Origin: Myxococcales bacterium | GTDB lineage: Bacteria; Myxococcota_A; Bradymonadia; UBA7976; UBA1532 | Direction of reading: 5' to 3' | Length of the DNA stretch: 64,000 nt | Assembly (NCBI GenBank): GCA_009692505.1 | Contig: SHZC01000004.1 | Span: 2,135-66,134, forward strand | Shown: positions 53,902 to 62,758 of the stretch, piece by piece | Layout: each line of letters begins with the position of its first letter | How positions within the stretch are numbered: the first letter of the stretch is position 1 | Translations under genes and position numbers: made by a program | Notes under the pieces: generated by a model | Told to the model about the DNA's origin: nothing | What the model saw: only the letters and a program-made list of their open reading frames with translations | The model's database searches: none

Positions 53902-55922
53902 GGTCAAACCGAGCCTTCTCTCTTCGTGGTGTGCCCGCGCTGTTCGCCGCGCCCGCGCTCGGTGCCGCGCTCACGGCTTGCGGCGATGACGCCGAGTCGC
54001 AGCGCGATCCCGCCATCTACATGGACAACGGCGCGATGGGCGACGCGACCGCGGAGGCCTCGCTCCCAGACGGACCCGCGCCCGACACCCTGCCCGCCGA
54101 TGCCGCTGTGCCCGACGCGGGTTGTTTGGTCAACCACCTTTACGATCCCGTCGGCGCGACGAGGCGCGAGACGCTGCCCGACGACTTCTTCACGGTCGAC
54201 GATCCGGCGACGTTGACCGGGCTGCGCGTGAACACCTCTGGAGCCGGCTGGCGAGCGGGCGCCCTCCCGACGGTGGCGCCGATCTTCGCCGATCTGGACA
54301 CGCTCGACGGCTGGGGCATCACCGGCGGGATCACGCTGAGCTTCAGCGGCGCCGTCGCCCTGCCTGAGTCGGGACCGGACACGGCGACGGGCGGCACCGT
54401 GGAGCTCTGGGCGCTTGGTGACAGCCCCCACCGCGTGGCCGTGGACGTGGAGCACACCGACGACGGCAAGACGTTGATCATCTGGCCGATGGTCCCGCTG
54501 ACGCCCAAGACCCGTCACGGGCTCATCGCGACGACCGCGCTCTTGGCAGAGGACGGCGGCTGCATCTCCCCGAGCCCGACGACTCTGAGCCTGCTCGATG
54601 GCACGGCGACGGACGACGCGCTCGTGCGGATTGTGCCTCGTCATGCCGATCTGCTCGCGGCGAGCGGGCATGGAGCCGAAGACGTCCTCTCCAGCACCGT
54701 ATTTACGACCCAGTCCACGACCGAGACGAGCACGACGATCGCCGCGGCGATCCGCGAGTCGGACTATGACTTCGACGCCGCGCCGACGTGCACCGAGCGC
54801 GAGTTCTTCATCGACTGCCAGGCGGCCGCGATGTTCTCCGACTACCGGACCGACAAGGTCATCGTGGGCACCGAGCCGGTTACGACCTATCGCGTGCCGA
54901 TGAGCCTCTGGCTGCCGAAAGACTCAGTGGGACCTGTGCCGGTCATCGTCGTCGGTCACGGTCTGAGCGAAAATCGCAACATCTTCGCCGACCTCGCCGA
55001 GGTCTTCTGCCCCGAGGGCTTCGCGCTCGTCGGGATTGACGCCTTGGGCCATGGCAACCACCCGACCTCAGCGGGCCCGGATGATCCCCTCGGGCTCCTG
55101 AACTTCCTGGGCATCGACATCGGTACGCAGCGCATCTTGGGGCTGCGCCTTCGCGACAACTTCCGGCAGTCGACCTATGACAAGCTCCAGCTCCTTCGGC
55201 TGCTCCGCACGCACCCGGATGTGAACGGCGATGGGCAGCTTGACCTCGACATGGACCGCCTCGCGTACTTGGGCATCAGCCTCGGGGGCATCATGGGACC
55301 GGAGCTGCTCGCCCTCGACGGCGGTTTCCAGCTCGCGCTCCTGCCGGTCGCCGGCGCGCGCCTCGTGCCGATCATCACCGAGTCGTCCTCCTTCGCGAAT
55401 TTCCGACCGATCATGGAGGGCGTCGTCGGCGGCGCCTCCGAGCTGCGGAAGATCGCCACGCTCGTCCAAGCGCTCATGGATCCGGGTGATCCGGCGAGCT
55501 ACGCCGCTCATGTGCTCAGTGATCGCTTCGAGGGGGCCGGGACCCACGCGCCTCATGTGCTCCAGCAGATGGCCATCGACGATGAGATCGTCAACAACGG
55601 CTCGAACCGGATTCTGGCGCGGGCCTTGGGGCTGCATCATGTGCCGCCGGTCGTTCAGGACGTCGGCCTCATCCCCGTCGCGGGCGAAGCGCCGATCTCA
55701 AATAACCTCGAGGGGCCGGACGGACAGAGCGTCACGGCGGGGCTCTTTCAGCTCGATCGCGTGAGGGAGACGCCACGTGGGCGACCCGTGAAGGCCGGGC
55801 ACAACAACGCCCTCGCGATGGAGGGCTTCTTCCAGCTCTACACCTTCCTCTTCGCTTGGCGGGACGGGGAGGCGCCGACGATCGTCGATCCCTACGCCGA
55901 GCTCATGACCCCGCCGCTGTGA
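53898..55922 (+). CDS. Secreted alpha/beta-hydrolase (lipase/esterase-like) lipoprotein
   Basis: The GTG overlaps the inhibitor stop (GTGA). Lipobox AALTACGDD. …VIVVGHGLSENRN…, nucleophile elbow YLGISLGG. The N-terminal region resembles bacterial lipase N-domains (weak). Confidence 0.65.
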   Translation: MRSNRAFSLRGVPALFAAPALGAALTACGDDAESQRDPAIYMDNGAMGDATAEASLPDGPAPDTLPADAAVPDAGCLVNHLYDPVGATRRETLPDDFFTVDDPATLTGLRVNTSGAGWRAGALPTVAPIFADLDTLDGWGITGGITLSFSGAVALPESGPDTATGGTVELWALGDSPHRVAVDVEHTDDGKTLIIWPMVPLTPKTRHGLIATTALLAEDGGCISPSPTTLSLLDGTATDDALVRIVPRHADLLAASGHGAEDVLSSTVFTTQSTTETSTTIAAAIRESDYDFDAAPTCTEREFFIDCQAAAMFSDYRTDKVIVGTEPVTTYRVPMSLWLPKDSVGPVPVIVVGHGLSENRNIFADLAEVFCPEGFALVGIDALGHGNHPTSAGPDDPLGLLNFLGIDIGTQRILGLRLRDNFRQSTYDKLQLLRLLRTHPDVNGDGQLDLDMDRLAYLGISLGGIMGPELLALDGGFQLALLPVAGARLVPIITESSSFANFRPIMEGVVGGASELRKIATLVQALMDPGDPASYAAHVLSDRFEGAGTHAPHVLQQMAIDDEIVNNGSNRILARALGLHHVPPVVQDVGLIPVAGEAPISNNLEGPDGQSVTAGLFQLDRVRETPRGRPVKAGHNNALAMEGFFQLYTFLFAWRDGEAPTIVDPYAELMTPPL

Positions 55923-57081
55923 AGCGGGCCTCTTCGCTGCGCGGGCGGCTCTCGGTTCGGTAGGAGAAGCGTCGCCGAAACGGGTTGTCGCGATCGTCGA
56001 TCACGTCGGCGGTCAGCTCCCCGAGCATGGGGGCGAACTTGAAGGCGTGCCCGCTCCCGCCGGTCGAGACGTAGAGGCCATCGCGGCCCGGCACCGCGTC
56101 GATGAGGAAGTCCCCGTCAACGGTGTCGCAGTACAAGCAGAGGCGCGTGCTTTCGATCGGCGCGTCGGCGAGCGCGGGGAACGTCGTCGACAGGAACTCG
56201 CGGAAGCGGCCCTCCTCGTCTGGCCCGACCTCGCGGGTCTCGTCCGCTCGGAGGCGTCGGCCGGCGCCGTGGTGGGCCACCTTCACGAGTCCTTCGGCGT
56301 TCGCCGGGAACCCATACCAGCCGGTCGTGGAGATGTCCGCCGACCAGGTCGGGAACGTGGGCCCTCGGAAGCGATCAGGCTGGTCGGGCTTGAAGTGAAA
56401 GACCGGCTGTCCGACCGAGGTGAGCATGGGGCTCAGCTCCGGCAAGAGCAGCGGCGTGAACGCCCCCAAGGCGACGACGACCCGGTCGGCCAAGAGTCGC
56501 TCACCGGAGGCCAGTACGACGCCTCGGACGCCTTCTGCCGTCTCGTAAAGTTCCTTGACGATCGCCTGCTCCCGCAGCGAGACGCCCCCAAGGACCGCGA
56601 GTTGGGCGTAGGCACGGACGACGCGTCCGCTCTCCACGTAGCCCCCACGCGGGTTCAAGTAGCCGTCGGGGTACGCCGAAGCGCGCCAGAGTGGGTAGCC
56701 GAGCGCGAGCGCGTCGGCGTTCAAACGAGTGAACGGGTGGCCTCGTCGCTCAAGCACGCGTAAGGACTCAAACTCGAAGCCCCCAGGCGCCAGCGGCGCG
56801 CGGCTCATGAACAGGAAGCCGGTGCCGTGGAAGAGGCGCGCGCCGAAGACCTCGACGCTGCGTTCCCAGGTGGGCAAGCAGGCCTCCATCAACGCCGTGT
56901 AGAGGTCGTCGTGGCCGTAGTCGAGCCGCACGGCCTTGCTGATGTCCGTCGACGCCGCGAGGGGGTCGGGGACCGCCCCTTGCTCGAGGAGCGTGACGCG
57001 GTGACCCCGGCGGGCGAGCGCGTGCGCCGAGGTGGCTCCGAAGATGCCGCCCCCCACGACGATGACGTGGGACGCGCCCAC
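55903..57081 (-). CDS. FAD-dependent oxidoreductase, DAO / sarcosine-oxidase-like family
   Basis: VIVVGGGIFGATSAHALARRGHRVTLLEQG dinucleotide fold. C-terminal …STGGSGHAFKFAPMLG… typical of MSOX-like amine oxidases. GTG start immediately after the upstream TGA. Confidence 0.85.
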   Translation of the reverse strand: MGASHVIVVGGGIFGATSAHALARRGHRVTLLEQGAVPDPLAASTDISKAVRLDYGHDDLYTALMEACLPTWERSVEVFGARLFHGTGFLFMSRAPLAPGGFEFESLRVLERRGHPFTRLNADALALGYPLWRASAYPDGYLNPRGGYVESGRVVRAYAQLAVLGGVSLREQAIVKELYETAEGVRGVVLASGERLLADRVVVALGAFTPLLLPELSPMLTSVGQPVFHFKPDQPDRFRGPTFPTWSADISTTGWYGFPANAEGLVKVAHHGAGRRLRADETREVGPDEEGRFREFLSTTFPALADAPIESTRLCLYCDTVDGDFLIDAVPGRDGLYVSTGGSGHAFKFAPMLGELTADVIDDRDNPFRRRFSYRTESRPRSEEARFTAAGS

Positions 57082-59559
57082 TCAGTCGACCGTTACGGGC
57101 ACGAGGACCCGGTTATTGGTCAGGTCGGACTCGGCGATGGCGCCCTCCGGGTTGACCATGACCTCGAGGAGGTAGTCCCCCGGCGCGACGTCCGTCACGT
57201 CGACCCATTGGCATTGCGTGCCCGTTCCATAGACGTCGGCCCATCCACGGCTGATGCCGCTCCCATTGCAGGGCTCGTCCGGGGCGCCGCTGGGCGGGAG
57301 GTCACGGTAGTGGAGAATATCCACGAGGAAGAACGACTGTTTGTGGCCGGCCGCGACGATCTGTCCTTCGGCGTCGAGCAGTCGGTACCGCGCGAAGTCC
57401 CGAACGTGATGGTGCATGTGGCAGGGTGAGAACTCATAGGCCTCCGGGAGCTCGTTCGGGCCGGGCAAGCAGAGGTCGGCTGCCCCGATGTTGGCAATGA
57501 TCCCCGGGAACGTCAGCAGCTTCCTCAGGCCCGGTCCGCCGACGCAGGCCTCCTCCACAGCGCAGAGGTCGAAGCCCGCGATGTCCTGGAACTGCACAAT
57601 GTAGTCTTGGGCCACGACGTCGCCGTCGATGACGAGGTCCGGCAAGAACGCAAAGACCGGGTCGCAGAGGTCCCCGACGAGGTCGAAGTCGGCGTCTCGC
57701 TGATCGACGTTCTGGAGGTCCGGGCAGTTGTCGCAGCCGTCCCCTCGAGCGTCCCCGTCGCGGTCGCGGTCCTCAGGATCGGGGGCGTCCGGGCAGAGGT
57801 CGCAGACGTCGCCGAGCCCGTCGAGGTCGCGGTCGGACTGGTCGGGGTCGCCGACCGCCGGGCAGAGGTCGCAGGCGTCCCCGACGGCGTCGCCGTCCAC
57901 GTCCCCCTGCTCGGCGTTGAAGGCGCGCGGGCAGGTGTCCAAGGCGTCGCCGACGAGGTCGTCGTCGTCGTCGTCGTCGCAGGCGTCCCCGAGGGCGTCG
58001 TGATCGAGGTCGGCCTGGGCGGCGTCGGGGGCGAGCGGGCAGAGGTCCTGGACATCATCGACCCCGTCCCCGTCATCGTCGTCGTCGCAGTCGTCTCCCA
58101 GGCCGTCGAGGTCGAGGTCGTCGTGGCGAGGCGCGGCCAATGCCGGGCAGCCATCGCAGCGATCACCCCGGCCGTCGCCGTCGCCGTCGACCTGAAAGGG
58201 GTCCGAGACCCTGGGGCAGAGGTCCACGTCGTCTTCGGCCCCGTCGTTGTCATCGTCCTCGTCGCAGGCATCGCCCCGTTGATCGTGGTCGAGGTCGAGC
58301 TGCTCCGGGTTCGCGCGCACCGGGCAGTTGTCGGCCGCCTGGGCGAAGTTGAGCTGGAGTTGCCAAGAGTGGAGGGTGCCCACATCTCCGGGGTTGACGT
58401 CGTAGATCCGCAGCGTGAAGCGGCCCCGCACGGGGCGACCGACGAAGTAAGACAGCCGCTCATCGGGCCGAAACGTGCCTCGAAATGGGGACGGAGCGGC
58501 CGCCACATAACGCTCCGCGTCGTCCCGGAACAGCGTGCGGTCGTAGCAGTCCCGGCCGGTGCCGTGCCCCACGCTCAAGGCCACGACGCCCGGTATGAGA
58601 TTGTTGAGGAACCCGAGGGAACCCAAAGCCGCGCGGTCGACCTGCGGCCCGATGAGGTAGAGGTGCAGGTCCTGCGGGTTGTTGTGCGTGATGGAGACGA
58701 GCACGCCGACGTCCGTCGCGAGACCGCTCGTGTCGAGGTCCACGTCGAAGTCCATGAAGCTCTCCCCGGTGTCGTCGCCGTCGCTCAAGAGGACCTCGGC
58801 AAGGGCCCCGTTGAGGCGGGCTTCGACGGACAGACCGCCGCTCGCGACCCCATCCGCGTCCGGGTCCTCGCAGGCGTCGCCGGTCCGATCGCCGTTGAGA
58901 TCCCGCTGATCGGGGTTGGTCACACCCCGGCAGTTGTCGAGCAGATCCACGCGCCCGTCGTGGTCGTCGTCGGCGAGGCAGGCGCGGTGCGGGTCGTCCA
59001 CGGGGAACGTGTCTTCGGGGCTCGTCGCGAACAGCGGGCAGGCGTCGTCGACGTCGGGCACTCCGTCGTCGTCGTCGTCCGGATCACAGGCGTCACCCGC
59101 GCCGTCACCGTCCGAGTCGAGCTGCGTAGGCGCGGCGACAGCCGGGCAGTTGTCGTCGGCGTTTATCAGGCCGTCGGCGTCGATGTCCGGGTCGCAGGCG
59201 TTGCCCAAGCGGTCGCGATCGACGTCGCCCTGGTCGTTGTTTTGGACGAGCGGGCAGTTGTCCAGAGCGTCGGCCCAGTTGTCGTCGTCGTCGTTGGGGT
59301 CGCAGGCGTCGGGCTGCGTATCCCGGTCGGTGTCCAGCGCGCCGGTCTCTGGCAGACACGGCGGCGTCCCCGCGTCGGTGGGCCCAAGGTCCGTGGCTGC
59401 GTCGATGAGGCCATCGGCGGTCAGGGCGTCCGTCGTCGGCTGCAGGTCGGGGCTGGCCGAGGCGCGGTCTTCGGCGCGGGTCGATGGGGCGGGTCCATGT
59501 TCGGAGACGCAGCCGGAAAAGAACAACGCGACGACGAAAAGGCGCGTGACGGGAGACAT
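57082..59559 (-). CDS. Lipoprotein fusing thrombospondin type-3 repeats, a proprotein-convertase P-domain and a C-terminal lysyl-oxidase (LOX) catalytic domain
   Basis: GGAGG RBS, ATG 59559, lipobox ALFFSGC. Many D-x-D-x-D-G-x-x-D-x-C-D TSP3 motifs lie on both sides of a P-domain-like segment (…VLVSITHNNPQDLHLYLIGP…GRFTLRIYDVNPGDVGTLHSWQLQLNF). The C-terminus aligns with animal LOX: CHMHHH (57406-57423), GHKQSFFLVD, DVYGTGTQCQWVDVTDVAPGDYLLEVMVNP…ESDLTNN. Confidence 0.85.
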   Translation of the reverse strand: MSPVTRLFVVALFFSGCVSEHGPAPSTRAEDRASASPDLQPTTDALTADGLIDAATDLGPTDAGTPPCLPETGALDTDRDTQPDACDPNDDDDNWADALDNCPLVQNNDQGDVDRDRLGNACDPDIDADGLINADDNCPAVAAPTQLDSDGDGAGDACDPDDDDDGVPDVDDACPLFATSPEDTFPVDDPHRACLADDDHDGRVDLLDNCRGVTNPDQRDLNGDRTGDACEDPDADGVASGGLSVEARLNGALAEVLLSDGDDTGESFMDFDVDLDTSGLATDVGVLVSITHNNPQDLHLYLIGPQVDRAALGSLGFLNNLIPGVVALSVGHGTGRDCYDRTLFRDDAERYVAAAPSPFRGTFRPDERLSYFVGRPVRGRFTLRIYDVNPGDVGTLHSWQLQLNFAQAADNCPVRANPEQLDLDHDQRGDACDEDDDNDGAEDDVDLCPRVSDPFQVDGDGDGRGDRCDGCPALAAPRHDDLDLDGLGDDCDDDDDGDGVDDVQDLCPLAPDAAQADLDHDALGDACDDDDDDDLVGDALDTCPRAFNAEQGDVDGDAVGDACDLCPAVGDPDQSDRDLDGLGDVCDLCPDAPDPEDRDRDGDARGDGCDNCPDLQNVDQRDADFDLVGDLCDPVFAFLPDLVIDGDVVAQDYIVQFQDIAGFDLCAVEEACVGGPGLRKLLTFPGIIANIGAADLCLPGPNELPEAYEFSPCHMHHHVRDFARYRLLDAEGQIVAAGHKQSFFLVDILHYRDLPPSGAPDEPCNGSGISRGWADVYGTGTQCQWVDVTDVAPGDYLLEVMVNPEGAIAESDLTNNRVLVPVTVD

Positions 59560-59590
59560 CGGACCTCCAGAGCTGCGGTCGCTCATCCTT

Positions 59591-61063
59591 TCACAAGACG
59601 AGCGGCACAATCAGCAGGCAATACGCGGCGGCAAAGAGCGCGCCCACGACATCGAGCACGGCGCCGGTCTTGACCATCTGTCGAACAGTGAGGTAGCCGC
59701 TCCCGAAGACGATGGCGTTGGGCGGGGTCCCGGCGGGCAGGGCGAAGTCGAGCGAGGCGGCGATGGTCGCGGCGAAGAGGACGGTCGACAGCGCGTGGGG
59801 TGTGACCGCGTCCTTCAGCACGTTGAGCATGACGCCGATCGTGGCGACGTTCGAGGTGAAGGCCGTCAGCGCGACGGTGGCGACGGTGGCGCCCAGGACC
59901 TGAAGCGGGACGGGGTGGGCGGCCAGTCCTCGGAGCTGCTCCCCTAGAAACGCCGACAGGCCGCTCTCCTGGACACCTCGCGCCATCGAGAACGCCCCGC
60001 CGAGCAGGATCAGCGTGTCCCAGGGCACGAAGCGCAGGGACTTGAACGTCAAGACCGCTTGACCACCTACCCGAAACACCATGAGGAAGAGCGCGGCGAG
60101 CATGGCGATCCCGCCTTCGACGTGCGCCGAGGTGAGCTTGTAGTCGTAAAGTACGTTGACGATTGGCGCGAGCGTCCCGTGCAGGGGCGAGCCGGCCATC
60201 CACAGAGCGGCGGTGCCGGCGAAGACGCCTAAGACGACCTGCTCACCTCGGGACATCGGCCCCATCTCGGCGGTGGCCGTGGCGACGACCGCCGCGCCCA
60301 CGTCTTTGTGAGGTGCGTCGGCCCGACCGAGCCGCCAGAGCACCCACCAGACGATGGGGATGAAGAGGAGGACGAAGGGCGTGCCGACCGCCATGAACTG
60401 AAGAAATGAGACCTCGACGCCGACGTTCTGTTGCATGAACTGGGCGAACTGGGCGTTGGGCGCGGTCCCGATCTTGGTGCCGATGCCGCCGACGTTCGCG
60501 CCATAGGCGATCGCCAGCATGATCGCCGCGCCGAAGTGTACGAAGCGTCGCTCGGACTGGGCCTCGAGCTGCCGAATCACCGCGATGCCGATGGGCACGA
60601 GCATGGCCGCCGTGGCCGTATTGGAGATCCACATCGAGATGAGCGCCGAGGCCGCGAGGATGCCCAAAAGGAGGCGCTGGGGCTCGGTCCCCACGCGGGA
60701 CATGATCGTCACGGCGATGCGCCGATGCAGGTTCCACTGTTGCATCGCCGCGGCCACGCACATCCCGCCGAGGAAGAGGAAGATGTAGGGGTCGACGTAG
60801 GGCGAGACCGTGCCTTTGAGCCCGACCGCGAAGCCCTCGCCGAAGACCCCGATGAAGGGGAAGACGACGAGCGGGATGCAGGCGGTGACGCTGATGGGCA
60901 GCGCCTCGGTCAGCCAGTAGAACGCCATGAGCGCGGTGACGGCCGCGGCTCGAGCCGGCCTTGATCCGTAGGCTCCGAAGTCGTGGAGTGGGGAGTCGAA
61001 CAACGCGATGCCGAGCGCGAGCAGGAGCCCGATGACCAGCGGTATGGGCTTGATGTGTTTCAT
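59591..61063 (-). CDS. DASS/SLC13-family anion:sodium symporter
   Basis: 490-aa polytopic protein with two SNTAT/SNVAT hairpin motifs (WISNTATAAM, FTSNVATIGV). Confidence 0.85.
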   Translation of the reverse strand: MKHIKPIPLVIGLLLALGIALFDSPLHDFGAYGSRPARAAAVTALMAFYWLTEALPISVTACIPLVVFPFIGVFGEGFAVGLKGTVSPYVDPYIFLFLGGMCVAAAMQQWNLHRRIAVTIMSRVGTEPQRLLLGILAASALISMWISNTATAAMLVPIGIAVIRQLEAQSERRFVHFGAAIMLAIAYGANVGGIGTKIGTAPNAQFAQFMQQNVGVEVSFLQFMAVGTPFVLLFIPIVWWVLWRLGRADAPHKDVGAAVVATATAEMGPMSRGEQVVLGVFAGTAALWMAGSPLHGTLAPIVNVLYDYKLTSAHVEGGIAMLAALFLMVFRVGGQAVLTFKSLRFVPWDTLILLGGAFSMARGVQESGLSAFLGEQLRGLAAHPVPLQVLGATVATVALTAFTSNVATIGVMLNVLKDAVTPHALSTVLFAATIAASLDFALPAGTPPNAIVFGSGYLTVRQMVKTGAVLDVVGALFAAAYCLLIVPLVL

Positions 61064-62235
61064 CGCATCTGCGCCTTGAGCTTCGGCTGGCTCATGAGCT
61101 TGGCCTCGCGCGAGACGTTGCAGCCGCAGGCGACGCAGCAGAGGCCGGCGTCCTGGTCGAAGCCGCAGCGGGGACAGGTCATCGCCCCGGTCAGGCCCAG
61201 GCCCGCCTCCTGGCTGAAGCGGCCGCGCGCCTCCCAGGCCTTCTCACCGGCTTGAACGCCGAAGGACCACTCACCCGGATCGATCGCACGCTCGCTGATG
61301 CGATAGCCCAACCGACTCGCCGCGAGGCCCCGGAGTCGGGTGATCTCCTCGGGCCAGGACTTCATGAACTCATGGAAGTATTCGCGGCGCAGCAGGTAAT
61401 ACACCACGGCGTCCTTGGCCTCGATGGTGGCCGTCGCGGGCAACTCGTAGAGCATGGAGATCTCGCCGAAGAAGTCCCCCGGCCCGAAGGTCGTCAGCTC
61501 CTCGACGCGGCGCTCGAGGGCGAAGCGCCAGACGCGCACCCGCCCCGAGACCACGATGCAAAACCCGATGCCCTCCTGGGACTCGCGCAGGATGACCTCG
61601 CCTTTGGCCGCGCTCCGGGGCTCGAACCGCGCGAAGAGGGCGTGACGTTTTTGGGCGTCGAGCGTGGTGAAGATGCTGCCGTTGGGGACGAGCTGCGACA
61701 GCAAGCGGTCTCGGTACACGGCCGCGAGGATGTTCTTGAGGGGCGGGAAGTATTGGGTCAATTGCGTAAGGGTCTTGCGCGTCAGGACGAGGAGTTCGCA
61801 GTCCACCCGAGCGCGCACTGTGGCCGTGCGTGGGGTGCCGGCGAGGGCGGCGATCTCGCCGAAGGACTGCCCGGCGTTCAGCGTCGCGAGTCGACCGGCC
61901 GAGGCGCGCTCGACGTCCACGATGCCCGAGAGGAGGACCATGATCGCGTCTGACCGCTCGCCCTCGGTGATGATGGCCTGACCCGCGGGCACCCTGAACA
62001 TGGGGCCGCGCTCGGCCACCGCGAGCAGCGCTTCACCCGCGCGTTCGGCGACGGCGTATCGCTCACAGTAGAGGTGCATCAGGTGCGCGGCGTGGTCCCG
62101 GTGGCCGGCGCGTGCGAGCAGGCGGGCGGCGTGCAGGGCGGGTCCCAAGGGATAAGGCTGGGCCTGGTGAAGGGCCAAGGCCTCGCGTATGCGGGCTTCT
62201 GTGGCCGGGGTCTCGCCTACTTCAACGTCAGACAC
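61060..62235 (-). CDS. Tandem cyclic-nucleotide-binding-domain protein with C-terminal zinc-ribbon
   Basis: Two CAP-effector-type domains (FGEIAALAGTPRTATVRA; FGEISMLYELPATATIEA). C-terminal CPRCG…CCVACGC. The stop overlaps the DASS start (ATGA). Confidence 0.8.
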   Translation of the reverse strand: MSDVEVGETPATEARIREALALHQAQPYPLGPALHAARLLARAGHRDHAAHLMHLYCERYAVAERAGEALLAVAERGPMFRVPAGQAIITEGERSDAIMVLLSGIVDVERASAGRLATLNAGQSFGEIAALAGTPRTATVRARVDCELLVLTRKTLTQLTQYFPPLKNILAAVYRDRLLSQLVPNGSIFTTLDAQKRHALFARFEPRSAAKGEVILRESQEGIGFCIVVSGRVRVWRFALERRVEELTTFGPGDFFGEISMLYELPATATIEAKDAVVYYLLRREYFHEFMKSWPEEITRLRGLAASRLGYRISERAIDPGEWSFGVQAGEKAWEARGRFSQEAGLGLTGAMTCPRCGFDQDAGLCCVACGCNVSREAKLMSQPKLKAQMR

Positions 62236-62350
62236 AGGCGGAGACCTCCGGGGCCCGTCATGAGCCTATCCTCGCTCAGGGTCAACTCACCCGATTTACT
62301 TCCGCCGAGGCCGTCGGGGTCCAGATCGCCGAGGGCCAGGCGCCGGTGCC

Positions 62351-62632
62351 CTACCGGAGGTCGGCGTGGTGGCTGGCCTTTCCGAGCAGAGCCCGGCGGG
62401 CGACCAGGCGAACGAGGGGGTGATCATCACTCGCCATCTGGGAGAGGCGCCGAGCCGAGGTCGGGTCTGTCTCTCGCCCGAGGCGCCCGGCCGCGGTCAG
62501 CCGAACCTTGAAGGAGTCCGAGCGCGAGCACTCCAAGAGGTCTGTACCCCGCCTGATGGAGAGACCCGCGTTGCCCACGGTCGGCAAAGAGAGCAGCGCG
62601 AGGACGATGAGGGAGAGACGTAGGGTCAACAT
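62351..62632 (-). CDS. Small secreted protein, possibly a single HEAT-like repeat
   Basis: Signal peptide MLTLRLSLIVLALLSLPTVGNA. …SDDHPLVRLVARRALLG resembles a HEAT/PBS-lyase repeat. Coding status is uncertain. Confidence 0.3.
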   Translation of the reverse strand: MLTLRLSLIVLALLSLPTVGNAGLSIRRGTDLLECSRSDSFKVRLTAAGRLGRETDPTSARRLSQMASDDHPLVRLVARRALLGKASHHADLR

Positions 62633-62758
62633 CCGGGGCTCCGATGGGCTTGGTTACACCTGCCTACATTGTACTGAAAGTTCCGACCAAGGCAAGAAGG
62701 GATCAAAGGTCCGAGGTCATCGTCGCGTTTCGGCCCCCGGTCTGGCTACTCTCCGCCC

